DNA of 64,000 nucleotides from Desulfobacteraceae bacterium (GTDB taxonomy: Bacteria; Desulfobacterota; Desulfobacteria; Desulfobacterales; JAABSP01). A program made the position numbers and the translations under genes. A model generated the notes under the pieces. The model made no database searches and was not told the origin of the DNA. It saw only the letters and a program-made list of their open reading frames with translations. The stretch spans positions 3,039 through 67,038 of the forward strand of contig JAABSZ010000002.1 of the NCBI GenBank assembly GCA_011390135.1, written 5' to 3'. Shown here in pieces: positions 27,065 through 37,742 of the stretch; positions within the stretch are counted from its first letter, which is position 1; every line of letters begins with the position of its first letter.

Positions 27065-29546
27065 GATCGGCCAATCGCAGAATCTCCGCGGAACGAATTG
27101 CATCCTCCGGCAGATCGAAAAGGGAGACGATCACCTCTGGGGGCCGCACCGACTTTCCCTCCAGTTGCAGAACCGTCAGTAGAAGCTTATCCTCCTGCAA
27201 CCGGATCTCCGAGAGCACCTCGGCCAGATCGACCCGGCGCACCTTGCCGTTGGGCCGAATCCGTTCGACGATCCATTCCTGTGCGTTTCGGAAGCACTCG
27301 ATGGCATACGGATCGAACCGATGGCCGTTTTTGAGCCGGATAACATACCGGATCCGATCCGGGAGGTGCCGGGATTTTCTCCCCCCGGGCCCGATGCCGG
27401 TGAGATAGAGCCCCTGGGGAAGCTGCACATTGAGGCGCTCCAGGATCATTTGGGCCGGAACCGGTTCCGCAAGGGTGAAATAGAATGCCTCGGATTCGCT
27501 CTCCAGACCTATGGGCAGAGGATCTTCAAAGGAGATCTTCGGCAGCGGATGGAAGCCCTCGGAGTATTTGAGACGCAGCCCGGCCCGGCGCATGGCTCGG
27601 ATGAAGATGTTGACCATCTCCAGATGGCCGAAGAAGCGTCCATCCCCTCGTTTGGCATAGAAGGCCGTCATATTCTGAAACCGTTCCACCCCTCGGCTTT
27701 CATCCCTGTCCCGAAGGGGAGGGGAGAGGATATCCGGGGGAAAGGTCTTCGGCGCGATCCGCTTGAAATCACAGACCCCGCAGGCGTTGCACTCTCCGTC
27801 TCTGCAATCTCCGGTCTGCAGCCCCTGCCTGGCCCTTTGCCATTCTTCGATAAGAAACTGTTTTTCAACGCGCATATCGACCAGATCCCAGGGCAGGGGC
27901 GCTTCAACCGATCGGCCGCGGGTTGTGTAGGCATCTATGTCGATTTCCGTCTCCTCCATGGCCCGGGTCCACCGGCTGTAGGAGAAATGGTCGCTCCATC
28001 CGTCGAGCCGGCACCCAAGTTCATAAGCCCGGATCAGAAGGGCGTTGAGCTGCCGGTCCCCCCGGGCAAAGAGCCCTTCGATGCGGCTCACCTCGGGCTG
28101 CTGCCATTTGAAGCGGACCCCCGGCAGCCTAAGCTTCTCCCGGAGCCATTCGATCTTCTCCTTTGATGCTTCCAAAGAGAGCTGCGGGGCCCACTGGAAC
28201 GGCGTATGGGGTTTGGGAATAAAGGTGCCGACGCTCACATTGATCTGGGGTCTGCGTCCTTTGGCCGGTTTAAAGCGCCGAAGCTCATCCACAAGCCCCA
28301 CCATCTCGGCCAGATCCGCATCGGTCTCCTCGGGCAGGCCGATCATGAAGTAGAGCTTGATAACCTTCCACCCCATATCGACCGCATCCGAAACGGTCTT
28401 CTGGATATCGGCTTCGGTGATGTTCTTGTTGATGACCCTGCGCAGCCGGTCGCTTCCGGCCTCGGGCGCGATGGTGAACCCGGTCTTTCGGACCTTCCGG
28501 ATGAGGCGCATCAGTTCCGGCGTCAGGGTGCCGGCCCGAAGAGAGGGGAGGGAGACCGCAACCCGGTCCTGGGCGCAGCGCCCCATGAGACCTTCCATCA
28601 GAGGAGCGATCCCGCTATAATCTCCGGTGCTCAAAGAGAGGAGGGAGAGATCTGTATATCCGGTGGCGGCAAGGGAATCCCGGGCCAGATCCATAAGGGT
28701 CTGGGGGGAACGCTCCCGCGCGGGCCGATAGATCATCCCGGCCTGACAGAAGCGGCATCCCCGGGTACACCCGCGGGCGATCTCCAGGCGGAGCCGGTCA
28801 TGGACCGGTTTTCCATAGGGAAGAATCGGAGTCGTGGGAAAGGGGCAGGCGTTCAGATCCGGAACCAGAACCCGCCGGACACCCGGGGGCCGGGAGGGAA
28901 TCCAGACCCCTTCGATCTCTCCCCAGCGGTCCAAAAGCGTTTCTCGATTCCGGCCATCCCTTTTTTTCCAGTCGATGAAAGCGTCGGTCAGGGTATGGAT
29001 CACAGCTTCCCCCTCACCCACAACGATTGCGTCGAAGAAGTCGGCCACCGGAAGAGGGTTGCACGTACAGGGCCCACCTGCGATAATGAAAGGGTGGGCT
29101 TCATCTCTATCCCGGGCCCGGAAGGGGATGCCGGCCAGATCGAGCATCATCAGAACATTGGTATAGTTGAGTTCGTAGAGCAGGCTGAAGCCGATGATGT
29201 CGAAATCGATCATGGGACGCCGGTTCTCCAAAGAGAAGATGGGCGTACCGGTCTTTCGAAGGCTTTCGGCCATGTCCGGGGCAGGGGTGAAGAATCGCTC
29301 GGCCCCGGTGTCGGGCCGTCCGTTGAGCAGTGAGTAGAGGATCTGAATCCCGAAATGGGAGGTTCCGATCTCGTAGAGATCCGGAAAGGCCAGCCCGAAG
29401 CTGCAGGAGACCGATTCCGGATCTTTGGACACGGTGTTTATCTCACCGCCGAGATACCGGCTGGGGCATTGGGCGTGCGGCAAGAGGTCTTGAACGGTCG
29501 TCAGGATCATGGTATATGCTAAAAAGGTTAAAAATTTGAGTTTCAA
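27057..29546 (-). CDS. B12-binding-domain radical SAM protein (TIGR03960-like) fused to a DUF2344/TIGR03936-like C-terminal domain
   Basis: 829 aa. IARGCTRGCRFCQAG cluster motif. Length and architecture fit this family, as does the position directly upstream of an Rne/Rng ribonuclease, which I recall as typical for it. Confidence 0.75.
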   Translation of the reverse strand: MKLKFLTFLAYTMILTTVQDLLPHAQCPSRYLGGEINTVSKDPESVSCSFGLAFPDLYEIGTSHFGIQILYSLLNGRPDTGAERFFTPAPDMAESLRKTGTPIFSLENRRPMIDFDIIGFSLLYELNYTNVLMMLDLAGIPFRARDRDEAHPFIIAGGPCTCNPLPVADFFDAIVVGEGEAVIHTLTDAFIDWKKRDGRNRETLLDRWGEIEGVWIPSRPPGVRRVLVPDLNACPFPTTPILPYGKPVHDRLRLEIARGCTRGCRFCQAGMIYRPARERSPQTLMDLARDSLAATGYTDLSLLSLSTGDYSGIAPLMEGLMGRCAQDRVAVSLPSLRAGTLTPELMRLIRKVRKTGFTIAPEAGSDRLRRVINKNITEADIQKTVSDAVDMGWKVIKLYFMIGLPEETDADLAEMVGLVDELRRFKPAKGRRPQINVSVGTFIPKPHTPFQWAPQLSLEASKEKIEWLREKLRLPGVRFKWQQPEVSRIEGLFARGDRQLNALLIRAYELGCRLDGWSDHFSYSRWTRAMEETEIDIDAYTTRGRSVEAPLPWDLVDMRVEKQFLIEEWQRARQGLQTGDCRDGECNACGVCDFKRIAPKTFPPDILSPPLRDRDESRGVERFQNMTAFYAKRGDGRFFGHLEMVNIFIRAMRRAGLRLKYSEGFHPLPKISFEDPLPIGLESESEAFYFTLAEPVPAQMILERLNVQLPQGLYLTGIGPGGRKSRHLPDRIRYVIRLKNGHRFDPYAIECFRNAQEWIVERIRPNGKVRRVDLAEVLSEIRLQEDKLLLTVLQLEGKSVRPPEVIVSLFDLPEDAIRSAEILRLADHV

Positions 29547-29741
29547 AAAAAAGATAAATGTTTTATAACCGGACGTAAGCGGGTTATTATAGAGTATAAC
29601 ATTGAAATTGCCAATGCCAAAGATGCCAGTTGGAAAAAAAGGAAAGATTCGAAGATCGATTCTCAGATGATCCTGCTGCAGCGGGGCAATCGTGCATATT
29701 ACATTACAGTCCGTCTGTGATCAAACCATAAGGGTCTTGCC

Positions 29742-31124
29742 ATGAATGTACGGTGCGACAGATGTGAAACATCCTTTGAAATCGATGAAAGCCGGCTGAA
29801 AAAGCTCGATGCAAAGATTCGCTGCTCTGAATGCGGGAACATCTTCAGGGTACGGCCACGGAAAGCCGCACCTGCGGAGTCGGAAAACCCGGATTCAAAT
29901 TTGAAGCCGGCCGGCCGGCAAGCGCTGGCAATAGAAAAGAAGATCCAGAGCTTTCAGGATGAAATGAGCAATGACACCCAGGAAAAGACCGACGACAGGG
30001 GAGAACCCGAAAAAAAGGGCGCGCCCGAAGATGAGAAGGCGGCCTCGGGCCAAGAGCCCCCGATCTTCCGGATCACCAAGGATGAGAACTGCCCCTTGTA
30101 TGGGCTAAAGGATGAATTCCAGCTTGTCGGCAGGATCTTTCGGGTTCCCAGAACCAAGGCCCCCTGTCTGATCCTGGCAAAGGATGTGGTGCGGATTCTG
30201 CACGGCAAGGGGCACAAGGCTTCCGGGGGAAGGGATCCCGCGTTCTACTGCAGCGGCTGCACGGGCCGGATCACCTTCAGATACAAAGAGAAAAAGGAAA
30301 AAAAGGAACTGGCCGATATCCGGCCCGGGACCGACAACTATATCCAGGCCGTGGTGCATCTGCTCAGCGGATTCTCCATCTTCAAGAGTCTGACCGAGGA
30401 CAATATCCGGGACCTGGTCTCCTTTTTGAGGCTTGACAAGTATGAGGAGGGAGACATTATCTTACGCAAGGGGGAACCGGGACGGAGCCTTTTCATCCTT
30501 GTATCGGGACGGGTCGAGGTGGTCAGCGACGACGGCATGTCGATCGCGTTCATGGACAGCGGAGATGTCTTCGGAGAGATGAGCCTTCTGAGCGGGGACC
30601 CGGTGGGCGCGACCATCAAGGTGGTGGAGCCGGTGACGGTGCTATATATCAGCGCTGCCGATTTCAAGAAGATCTTGAATGAGATGCCCATGCTCCAGCT
30701 CAACTTCACCCGGCTGCTGGCCCGCCGGATGGCCGAAATCAATATGGCCCGTTCCGAAGAGTTCGCCTCGGGGATGACGGGAAAGCTTTCAGAGATGCCG
30801 CCGGCCGAGCTTTTCCAGACCCTGAACGTCAACCAGAAGACCGGTGTGCTGACCCTGAAGTTTCTCCGGGATTCCGCCTATCTCTCATTTCGGGAGGGGG
30901 AACTGATCCGGGCCAAATATCGGGAAAGAGATGGGGAGGAGGCTTTTTTCGAGCTGTTGAAGATGAAAGAGGGGCGGTTCAAATTCATTCCGGGGCTCTC
31001 CCCGGAAGAGATGGAGGCGCCGGAGCTGGGCGATTTCATGCATCTTCTGATGGAGGGTCTTAGAAAGATCGACGAAGATGACAAGAACTTCTTGCGGACA
31101 ATGATCCCCAATCTCACCTCCTGA
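29742..31124 (+). CDS. Multidomain protein: MJ0042-type zinc ribbon, Cys-containing linker, cyclic-nucleotide-binding domain, DUF4388 (PATAN-like) domain
   Basis: 460 aa. N-terminus MNVRCDRCETSFEIDESRL..IRCSECGNIFRV. cNMP region GDIILRKGEPGRSLFILVSGRVEVV..GDVFGEMSLLSGDPVGATIKV. C-terminus LSEMPPAELFQTLNVNQKTGVLTL...REGELIRAKY. Confidence 0.75.
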   Translation: MNVRCDRCETSFEIDESRLKKLDAKIRCSECGNIFRVRPRKAAPAESENPDSNLKPAGRQALAIEKKIQSFQDEMSNDTQEKTDDRGEPEKKGAPEDEKAASGQEPPIFRITKDENCPLYGLKDEFQLVGRIFRVPRTKAPCLILAKDVVRILHGKGHKASGGRDPAFYCSGCTGRITFRYKEKKEKKELADIRPGTDNYIQAVVHLLSGFSIFKSLTEDNIRDLVSFLRLDKYEEGDIILRKGEPGRSLFILVSGRVEVVSDDGMSIAFMDSGDVFGEMSLLSGDPVGATIKVVEPVTVLYISAADFKKILNEMPMLQLNFTRLLARRMAEINMARSEEFASGMTGKLSEMPPAELFQTLNVNQKTGVLTLKFLRDSAYLSFREGELIRAKYRERDGEEAFFELLKMKEGRFKFIPGLSPEEMEAPELGDFMHLLMEGLRKIDEDDKNFLRTMIPNLTS

Positions 31125-31290
31125 TCCCTTCTTTGACTCTTTTTCCGCGGTGGGATGCCTTCTTCGGGGATGGATCGTTCAGATTGATTATCGTTTGGGG
31201 TCCGTTTCGGAAAAAAGGGTTGCTCAATATTGGGAAAATCAATTAAATAAGTAGATATGATAAGGGGATGATGAGAACCCCTTTGGCCTT

Positions 31291-33702
31291 ATGGCCGAAT
31301 ACTGTACGGAAGAATCGGAGGGACTTTTGCCGGAATCGAATACCAGGACATCTTTAAATGATGCGGCCGCGCTTCTGATAGGAATGGATGCAGAGGATCT
31401 CTCGGAGCTGTCCCAACTGGAGACCCTTCTACAGGCGGTTTTTGAAGATATGACCATCACCGACAACTGTAGAAGGAGTGTGGACTCGGCCCTGGAAAAG
31501 ATCGGGGCGCTGAAGACCCCTTCTGTCTCCTCTTCCGGGATCGAATCCGAGCTGACGGAGATCGGCAAAGGGATTGAAAATGCTCTGAATGCCCTCGATG
31601 AGGAGGAGAAGGTGGAAGAGCGTTTGGCCCTGGCCTCCGATGACCGCGAAACCGGAACAGATAGAGCCGATACAGCTCTTGAAGCCGAACCCGAACCGGA
31701 GCCGGAAACTGAACCGGAAGCCGAACCGGAAACAGATCGGGAAACAGATCGGGAAACAGAAGTGATTCCCTGGCCCGCTTTCAAACCCAGAGCAGATGAA
31801 AGGGAGCCCAAAGCCGAAGAGTCTGCCTCATCGAACCCCCGGGAGTTTCTGCTGCCCGAATCTACAGATCTGGATATGATGGATGCATTTCTCACCGAAA
31901 GCGCTGACCTGATAGGCGGCGCTGAAGAGGCCCTGCTGACCCTGGAGGAGAATCCGGAGGATATGGATGCGGTCAGTACCGTCTTTCGGGCATTCCATAC
32001 CATCAAGGGAACCTCCGGCTTCCTCGAACTCAAGCCCATCTCCGATCTGGCCCACCGGGCAGAGTCTCTGCTGAGCCAGGTGCGGGACAGGGAGATCCGG
32101 TACGGCGGGGGCTATGCCGATCTTGCACTGCGATCCATCGATCTCTTGAAAGATCTGCTGGCAACGGCCCAGGGGGCGATCAACGGTAAACCCTTTCTGA
32201 TCTTTGAGGAGTATGATGAGTTGATCGGCCTTCTGGATCATCCCGAGGCGGCCGGTTCGGAAACCGCTTCTTCGGAAACACCTTCTTCGGAAACCCCTTC
32301 TCAGGAAACCAGGGAACCGGAGACGGATGCCTCCTCTTCAGAAGAGCCGATGTTCGATGCCGATGCGGCCTTATCCGATAAAGATGCTGGTGAGGAAGAG
32401 AAGGCTTTTGCCCCGTCTTCTCCGATTTCCGACAAAAACAAGAAGGAGGAGGCCGACGAGAAGAAGACGACCTCCCGCGACACCTCCAAAGGGTTTGTGG
32501 AGTCCTCCATCCGGGTTCCGGTGGACCGGCTGGACCGCTTTATCGACATGGTGGGGGAGCTGGTGGTGGCGCATTCCATGGTGGCCCAGGACGAGGTGGT
32601 GACCGATGGGCAGAACCATGAACTCTTGAAAAAGGTCGGCCAGAGCGGAAAGATCGTCCGGGAGCTGCAGGGAATGTCCATGTCCATGCGGATGATCCCC
32701 CTGAAGACCACCTTTCAGAAGATGGCCCGGCTGGTGCGGGATCTCTCGAGAAAGGCCGGTAAGAATATCACCTTTTTCACCGAAGGGGAGGATACGGAGA
32801 TCGACCGGAACATGGTGGACATCATAAATGATCCCCTTGTCCATATGGTACGGAATGCCGTGGATCATGGCATCGAGTCTCCCACGGAACGGGAGCGGGC
32901 CGGCAAGCCGGTCAACGGAACCGTTCAACTGGACGCATACCATTCGGCCGGCAATGTGGTGGTGGAGATCCGGGATGACGGAAAGGGGCTGGACCGGGAG
33001 GGGATCATCGCAAAGGCCGGGGATCGGGGGCTGATCGCGGACCGCGAGGCCCTGACGGACCGGGAGATCTACAACCTGATCTTTGAGCCGGGCTTCTCCA
33101 CGGCCGCGACCATCTCCGAGGTCTCGGGCCGGGGGGTGGGGATGGATGTGGTCAAGACCAACATCGAATCCCTTCGGGGTAGCGTGGAGATCCAGTCCAC
33201 CCCGGGCAGGGGATGCCTTTTCAAGATGAGCCTGCCCTTGACTTTGGCCATCATCGACGGGATGGTGGTCCGGCTGCGGGATCAGAAATATGTGATCCCC
33301 ACGATCTCTATTGTCCGTTCGGTTCAGCCGGAAAAGTCGGATATGAACACTGTCTTTCAACGGGGAGAGATGCTCAAGCTCCAGGGACGGCTCATCCCCC
33401 TCTTCCGTCTGGGGGAGCTTTTCGGCATCGAGGGCGCGGAGACCGACTATACCAAGGCGATCGTGGTGGTGGTGGAAGATGATGACCGGCAGGCCGGGCT
33501 GATGGTGGATGAACTCATCGGCAGCCAGCAGATCGTGATCAAGACCCTTGGGGAGGCGCTCGGTGATATCCCCGGGATTTCCGGCAGTGCGATCATGCCC
33601 AACGGCCGGGTGGGCCTCATCCTCGATGTGGGCGGACTGGTCCGGATGGCCAACGAGAAGAAGAGAGGGGCGGCGCAGAAGCATGAACCTGATGTTGACT
33701 GA
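31291..33702 (+). CDS. cheA: Chemotaxis histidine kinase CheA, with a ~195-aa acidic N-terminal extension if the first ATG is used
   Basis: 803 aa. HPt VFRAFHTIKGTSGFLEL, dimerisation region, HATPase (DPLVHMVRNAVDHGIE, DDGKGLD, SGRGVGMDVV), and a CheW-like P5 domain. The canonical-looking start MMDAFLTES is at 31876. Confidence 0.9.
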   Translation: MAEYCTEESEGLLPESNTRTSLNDAAALLIGMDAEDLSELSQLETLLQAVFEDMTITDNCRRSVDSALEKIGALKTPSVSSSGIESELTEIGKGIENALNALDEEEKVEERLALASDDRETGTDRADTALEAEPEPEPETEPEAEPETDRETDRETEVIPWPAFKPRADEREPKAEESASSNPREFLLPESTDLDMMDAFLTESADLIGGAEEALLTLEENPEDMDAVSTVFRAFHTIKGTSGFLELKPISDLAHRAESLLSQVRDREIRYGGGYADLALRSIDLLKDLLATAQGAINGKPFLIFEEYDELIGLLDHPEAAGSETASSETPSSETPSQETREPETDASSSEEPMFDADAALSDKDAGEEEKAFAPSSPISDKNKKEEADEKKTTSRDTSKGFVESSIRVPVDRLDRFIDMVGELVVAHSMVAQDEVVTDGQNHELLKKVGQSGKIVRELQGMSMSMRMIPLKTTFQKMARLVRDLSRKAGKNITFFTEGEDTEIDRNMVDIINDPLVHMVRNAVDHGIESPTERERAGKPVNGTVQLDAYHSAGNVVVEIRDDGKGLDREGIIAKAGDRGLIADREALTDREIYNLIFEPGFSTAATISEVSGRGVGMDVVKTNIESLRGSVEIQSTPGRGCLFKMSLPLTLAIIDGMVVRLRDQKYVIPTISIVRSVQPEKSDMNTVFQRGEMLKLQGRLIPLFRLGELFGIEGAETDYTKAIVVVVEDDDRQAGLMVDELIGSQQIVIKTLGEALGDIPGISGSAIMPNGRVGLILDVGGLVRMANEKKRGAAQKHEPDVD

Positions 33703-34498
33703 GTTGACGGAGAAGCAGTTCCGGAAGGTGAGCCAACTGGTCCATGACCTGTGCGGTATCTATCTCAAGGAGGGGAAGGAGGCTCTGGTGCGGGCCCGGC
33801 TGATGAAACGGCTGCGCGCTCTGGGCATGGAGAGCTTCGACGCCTATATCAAATTTATTGAAAGCGACAGGGGGGGCGCGGAGCTGGGGATGATGGTCGA
33901 TGTGATCACCACCAACAAGACCAGCTTTTTTCGGGAACCGGCCCATTTCGACTTTCTGCAAAATCAGATCCTGCCCGATATCGTCAGTCATCGGATGCGC
34001 TTCTGGACCGCAGCCTGTTCCTCCGGAGAGGAGCCTTTTTCTCTGGCCATTCTCCTCCGGGAGAACATCCCCGACATCGATCGGAGGGATGTGAAGATCC
34101 TGGCAACCGATATCTCTTCCAGGATGATCGAACGGGCAAAAAGCGGCCTCTATTCCCGGGAGGTGGTCCGGGAGATCCCCCCGGCCTATCTCCAGAAGTA
34201 CTTCTGGAGAGTCAACAGCCCCGGCCCGAAAATATACGAGGTACAGAACAACATCCGTGCCATGGTGCGCTTTGCCCGGCTAAATCTTATGGAACCGTGG
34301 CCCATGAAGGGACCCTTTGACGTGATCTTCTGCCGGAATGTCATGATCTATTTCAACAGGGCCACGCAGCAGCGCTTGATCAATAGATTGTGGGAGTATA
34401 TAGGACCGGGCGGACATCTCTTTGTAGGGCACTCCGAAGGGCTTTCGGCCATCACGCACAAGTTTCATTATGTCCGTCCGGCCATTTACCGAAAATGA
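33683..34498 (+). CDS. cheR: Chemotaxis protein methyltransferase CheR
   Basis: Internal Met chosen (MNLMLTELTEKQFRKVSQLVHDLCGIYL). TNKTSFFREPAHFDFL and RFWTAACSSGEEPFSLA (SAM-binding) motifs. Overlaps the cheA end by 20 nt. Confidence 0.85.
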   Translation: MNLMLTELTEKQFRKVSQLVHDLCGIYLKEGKEALVRARLMKRLRALGMESFDAYIKFIESDRGGAELGMMVDVITTNKTSFFREPAHFDFLQNQILPDIVSHRMRFWTAACSSGEEPFSLAILLRENIPDIDRRDVKILATDISSRMIERAKSGLYSREVVREIPPAYLQKYFWRVNSPGPKIYEVQNNIRAMVRFARLNLMEPWPMKGPFDVIFCRNVMIYFNRATQQRLINRLWEYIGPGGHLFVGHSEGLSAITHKFHYVRPAIYRK

Positions 34499-34523
34499 TA
34501 TTTGAACAGATTACCGGTTTGAA

Positions 34524-34997
34524 ATGAAGCTTGTGGTTTATGTGGGGGATATGAAGGTTGGCGAGAAGGAGGATACTCTGGTAACCCATGCCCTGGGCAG
34601 TTGTCTGGGGCTGATGGTCTATGATCCGGTTATCCGGGTCGGGGGGCTGCTCCATGCGATGCTGCCCCTCTCCAACATCAACCCGGAGAAGGCCCGGGAC
34701 AACCCCTTCATGTTCGTGGACAAGGGCGTTCCCCTTCTCTTCAAGTCCCTTTACAATATGGGTGCCCAGAAATCGAGGATGATTGTAAAAGCTGTGGGGT
34801 GCGGCCGACCTCTGGGCAACGATCAGATGTTTAAAATCGGAGAACGGAATCATACGGTTTTAAAAAAACTCTTATGGAAAAACAACGTGCTGCTGGATGC
34901 CGAGGAAGTCGGCGGAACAGCGAGCCGAACAGTTCATTTCGACCTTTCAACAGGGCAGACGATCATTTCCAGCGGCGGCGTGAAAAGGAAGATCTGA
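34524..34997 (+). CDS. cheD: Chemoreceptor glutamine deamidase CheD with an intact catalytic triad (CheD1)
   Basis: 157 aa. Thr21, Cys27 and His44 lie in VTHALGSCLGLMVYDPVIRVGGLLHAMLP, the same numbering as the Thermotoga CheD triad as I recall it. Confidence 0.85.
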   Translation: MKLVVYVGDMKVGEKEDTLVTHALGSCLGLMVYDPVIRVGGLLHAMLPLSNINPEKARDNPFMFVDKGVPLLFKSLYNMGAQKSRMIVKAVGCGRPLGNDQMFKIGERNHTVLKKLLWKNNVLLDAEEVGGTASRTVHFDLSTGQTIISSGGVKRKI

Positions 34998-35009
34998 CAA
35001 GGAGATGCA

Positions 35010-36482
35010 ATGCATCAGGAGACGGTAGGAAAAAAGATGGGAAAGATCTCGCTGATCATGGTGATCATAGCAATTGCCGTGTCCGCACTCTCCAATCTCG
35101 TCGATTACAATCGGGAAAAGCGGCAGCTCCGGGCCAATTTTCAGGGGACAGTCAAGCCCATTACCGAGCGTCTGGCCAACGGACTGGAGAAACCCCTCTG
35201 GTTTCTGGATGAAAATCAGATCCACAAGCTCATCGAGCAGGAGATGATCGAAAAGACCCTTTTCGGAGTGGTGGTCCGGGAATCGGACGGGAAAACCATC
35301 TTTGCCACCATGCAGCGGGGCAAAAACTGGGAGGATCTGCAACGATCCAAAAAAGAGATCTCCGGTGATTACGTCGCCATGAAAACGCCCGTCCAATACG
35401 GAGACAAGACCATCGGTTCGGTGGAGACCTTCTTCACCGAACGGTTTATGAAAGAGAAGCTCAAGGATCTGCTGATCTTTATGGCCGTCAAAGTGGTGCT
35501 TATGAGCCTTCTGCTGGTTGCCCTCTTTCTGCTGATTGTCCACTGGTTTATCGTCCGTCCTATTGGGGCCGTCTCCCGGGGGCTCGAAGCTGTAGGAGAG
35601 GATGTGAGCGATGCGGTGGGCCGGGTTTCCGTCACCAGCCGGCAGTTGACCGATGGGGCCTCTCAGCAGGCCGCAGCGGTGGAGGAGACCTCCTCCTCGC
35701 TCGAGCAGATGTCCTCGATGATCCGGCAGAATGCCGAAAACCTCCGCCATGCAAACGATTTGATGACAGAGACCGCAAAGGTGGTAGAGGATGCAGCCGC
35801 GTCGATGGTTGAGCTGACCCGCTCTATGGAGAGCATCTCCAATACCGGTGAGGAGAGCAGGAAGGTCATCAAGACGATCGAGGAGATCGCATTTCAGACA
35901 AACCTGCTGGCCCTGAACGCAGCAGTGGAGGCGGCCCGGGCCGGGGAGGTGGGAGCCGGTTTCGCGGTGGTGGCCGATGAGGTGCGGAACCTGGCCATGC
36001 GGTCGAGCCAGGCCGCAAAGAATACCACCGGACTCATCGAGACCTCCATCGAGGGGATCGAAAGCGGGAGAAAGATTGTCTTCAAGGCCAACAGGGCCTT
36101 CGAAAGTGTCCGGGAGGGGTCGGCAAAGGTGGCCTCACTTTTGAATGAGATCACCGCGGCCTCCGCGGAGCAGACCCAGGGGATCAACCAGGTGAGTCAG
36201 GCCATGACCCAGATCGATCAGGTCACCCAGGACAACATGGCCTGCACCGAGGAGGTGGCCGGGGCTCTTGAGGAGATCATCGGGCAGTTGGGAAACATGA
36301 AGTCCCATGTCTCCATGCTGATGGGGCTCATTCGCGGCCGCAATACCGGGGCCGGCTCCGATACTCTCGCGACAGATGATGAATGGAACCGGGAATCGCT
36401 TCTCTCTGGCGATGACCCTGCCGGGAAGGGGTGGGAGAAGCGGTCGAACCGGGCCCTGACGGGAACCGCATCGGGAGATTGA
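35010..36482 (+). CDS. Methyl-accepting chemotaxis protein (two TM helices, small periplasmic domain)
   Basis: 490 aa. [41 protein letters not shown]. Confidence 0.9.
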   Translation: MHQETVGKKMGKISLIMVIIAIAVSALSNLVDYNREKRQLRANFQGTVKPITERLANGLEKPLWFLDENQIHKLIEQEMIEKTLFGVVVRESDGKTIFATMQRGKNWEDLQRSKKEISGDYVAMKTPVQYGDKTIGSVETFFTERFMKEKLKDLLIFMAVKVVLMSLLLVALFLLIVHWFIVRPIGAVSRGLEAVGEDVSDAVGRVSVTSRQLTDGASQQAAAVEETSSSLEQMSSMIRQNAENLRHANDLMTETAKVVEDAAASMVELTRSMESISNTGEESRKVIKTIEEIAFQTNLLALNAAVEAARAGEVGAGFAVVADEVRNLAMRSSQAAKNTTGLIETSIEGIESGRKIVFKANRAFESVREGSAKVASLLNEITAASAEQTQGINQVSQAMTQIDQVTQDNMACTEEVAGALEEIIGQLGNMKSHVSMLMGLIRGRNTGAGSDTLATDDEWNRESLLSGDDPAGKGWEKRSNRALTGTASGD

Positions 36483-36483
36483 A

Positions 36484-37329
36484 ATGAAGAAGAATGATCG
36501 TTGGGAAGAGATCAAAGCCGAGGCCGAGCGGTTCTGCAGCAGCAGATTGAAGTCCCATGGACTCCCGCTCGACCCTGAAACCATCGATGCCGGTGCAGTG
36601 GAGAGGATGGCCGATCCGGAGCTTGAGCGGGCAATTTTAGAGCTTTCCAACTGGAGCTATTTCAACAGGGAGAATGTTATCGACTCGTTGGCCGAAGCTG
36701 AAAAGCGACAGGGACCCCGTCCTTTTTTTGAGATCTGCCTGGGCGCATCCCTGCGGAAGCTGATGAACCGGCCCGTGCCGGGCTATCATCTGGAAGCCGG
36801 GGAACTCTGGTCTCATGGCATCGGTGTGGCGGTGGCCGCGGAGGAGATCGGGAGAATCGCGGGCCGGAAGGAGAATGAGATCGGATTTATGGCCGGGCTT
36901 CTCCACGACGTGGGGAAGCTGGTGCTGGGGGATTATGTCGAGAGGTATCTGGAAAAGATCCGGAGCATGACCCAAAACGGCCTCTCTTTTGAGATCGCGG
37001 AGCAGCGGGTGCTGGGGGGGGACCATACGCAACTGGGAGAGCATATGCTGCGCTGCTGGGGATTTTCCGGGGAGATTCTCCGGGCCGTCCGCTGGAGCCA
37101 TGATCCGGATGGGGCCGAGCCGGTAAGCCAGGCCGCGGATATTCTCCATGTGGCCAATGTCCTCTGCCTGAGCATCGGCATCGGCGTGGGACAGGAGGGA
37201 TTGCATTACAAAAGCTCCCCTGCGGCCCTGAACCGGCTGAAGGTGACCACAAGACACCTTGAACTGGTGGCAAGCCATACGCTACAATGGATCAAGGATC
37301 TGCCCGAACTCGTGAGGGCTTCACCGTAA
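36484..37329 (+). CDS. HDOD-domain protein
   Basis: 281 aa. GLLHDVGKLVLG and ...DHTQLGEHMLRCWGF... patterns typical of HDOD. Starts 1 nt after the MCP stop. Confidence 0.75.
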   Translation: MKKNDRWEEIKAEAERFCSSRLKSHGLPLDPETIDAGAVERMADPELERAILELSNWSYFNRENVIDSLAEAEKRQGPRPFFEICLGASLRKLMNRPVPGYHLEAGELWSHGIGVAVAAEEIGRIAGRKENEIGFMAGLLHDVGKLVLGDYVERYLEKIRSMTQNGLSFEIAEQRVLGGDHTQLGEHMLRCWGFSGEILRAVRWSHDPDGAEPVSQAADILHVANVLCLSIGIGVGQEGLHYKSSPAALNRLKVTTRHLELVASHTLQWIKDLPELVRASP

Positions 37330-37367
37330 TTTTTTTTGTTCATCTATGAAAAGAGGTCTTTAATCGC

Positions 37368-37742
37368 ATGGACATTCTTATCGTCGACGACAGTGCGGTT
37401 ATGCGGGCGATGATATTGAAATCATTTCGCATGACGGGCTTAGAGATCGGGGATGTATTTGAGGCTGAAAACGGGCAGAAGGGGCTTGCGCAGTTGTCCT
37501 CGCATTCGGTGGACCTGGTGGTCGCGGACATCAATATGCCGGTGATGGATGGCGTGGAGATGATCCGCCGGATGAAGGCAGCCGATGAGACCGCTTCGAT
37601 ACCGATTCTGGTCATCTCCACAGAGGGCAGCGAGACCCGATGGAAACAATTGGAAGAGATGGGGGCCGCGTTTATACAGAAGCCCTTTTCACCGGAAAAG
37701 ATACGGGATACCATACAAACGATCATGGGGAGGAAATCATGA
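37368..37742 (+). CDS. cheY: CheY-like single-domain response regulator (CheY1)
   Basis: 124 aa. ILIVDDSAVMR...DLVVADINMPVMDG...ISTEG...KPF. Confidence 0.85.
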   Translation: MDILIVDDSAVMRAMILKSFRMTGLEIGDVFEAENGQKGLAQLSSHSVDLVVADINMPVMDGVEMIRRMKAADETASIPILVISTEGSETRWKQLEEMGAAFIQKPFSPEKIRDTIQTIMGRKS

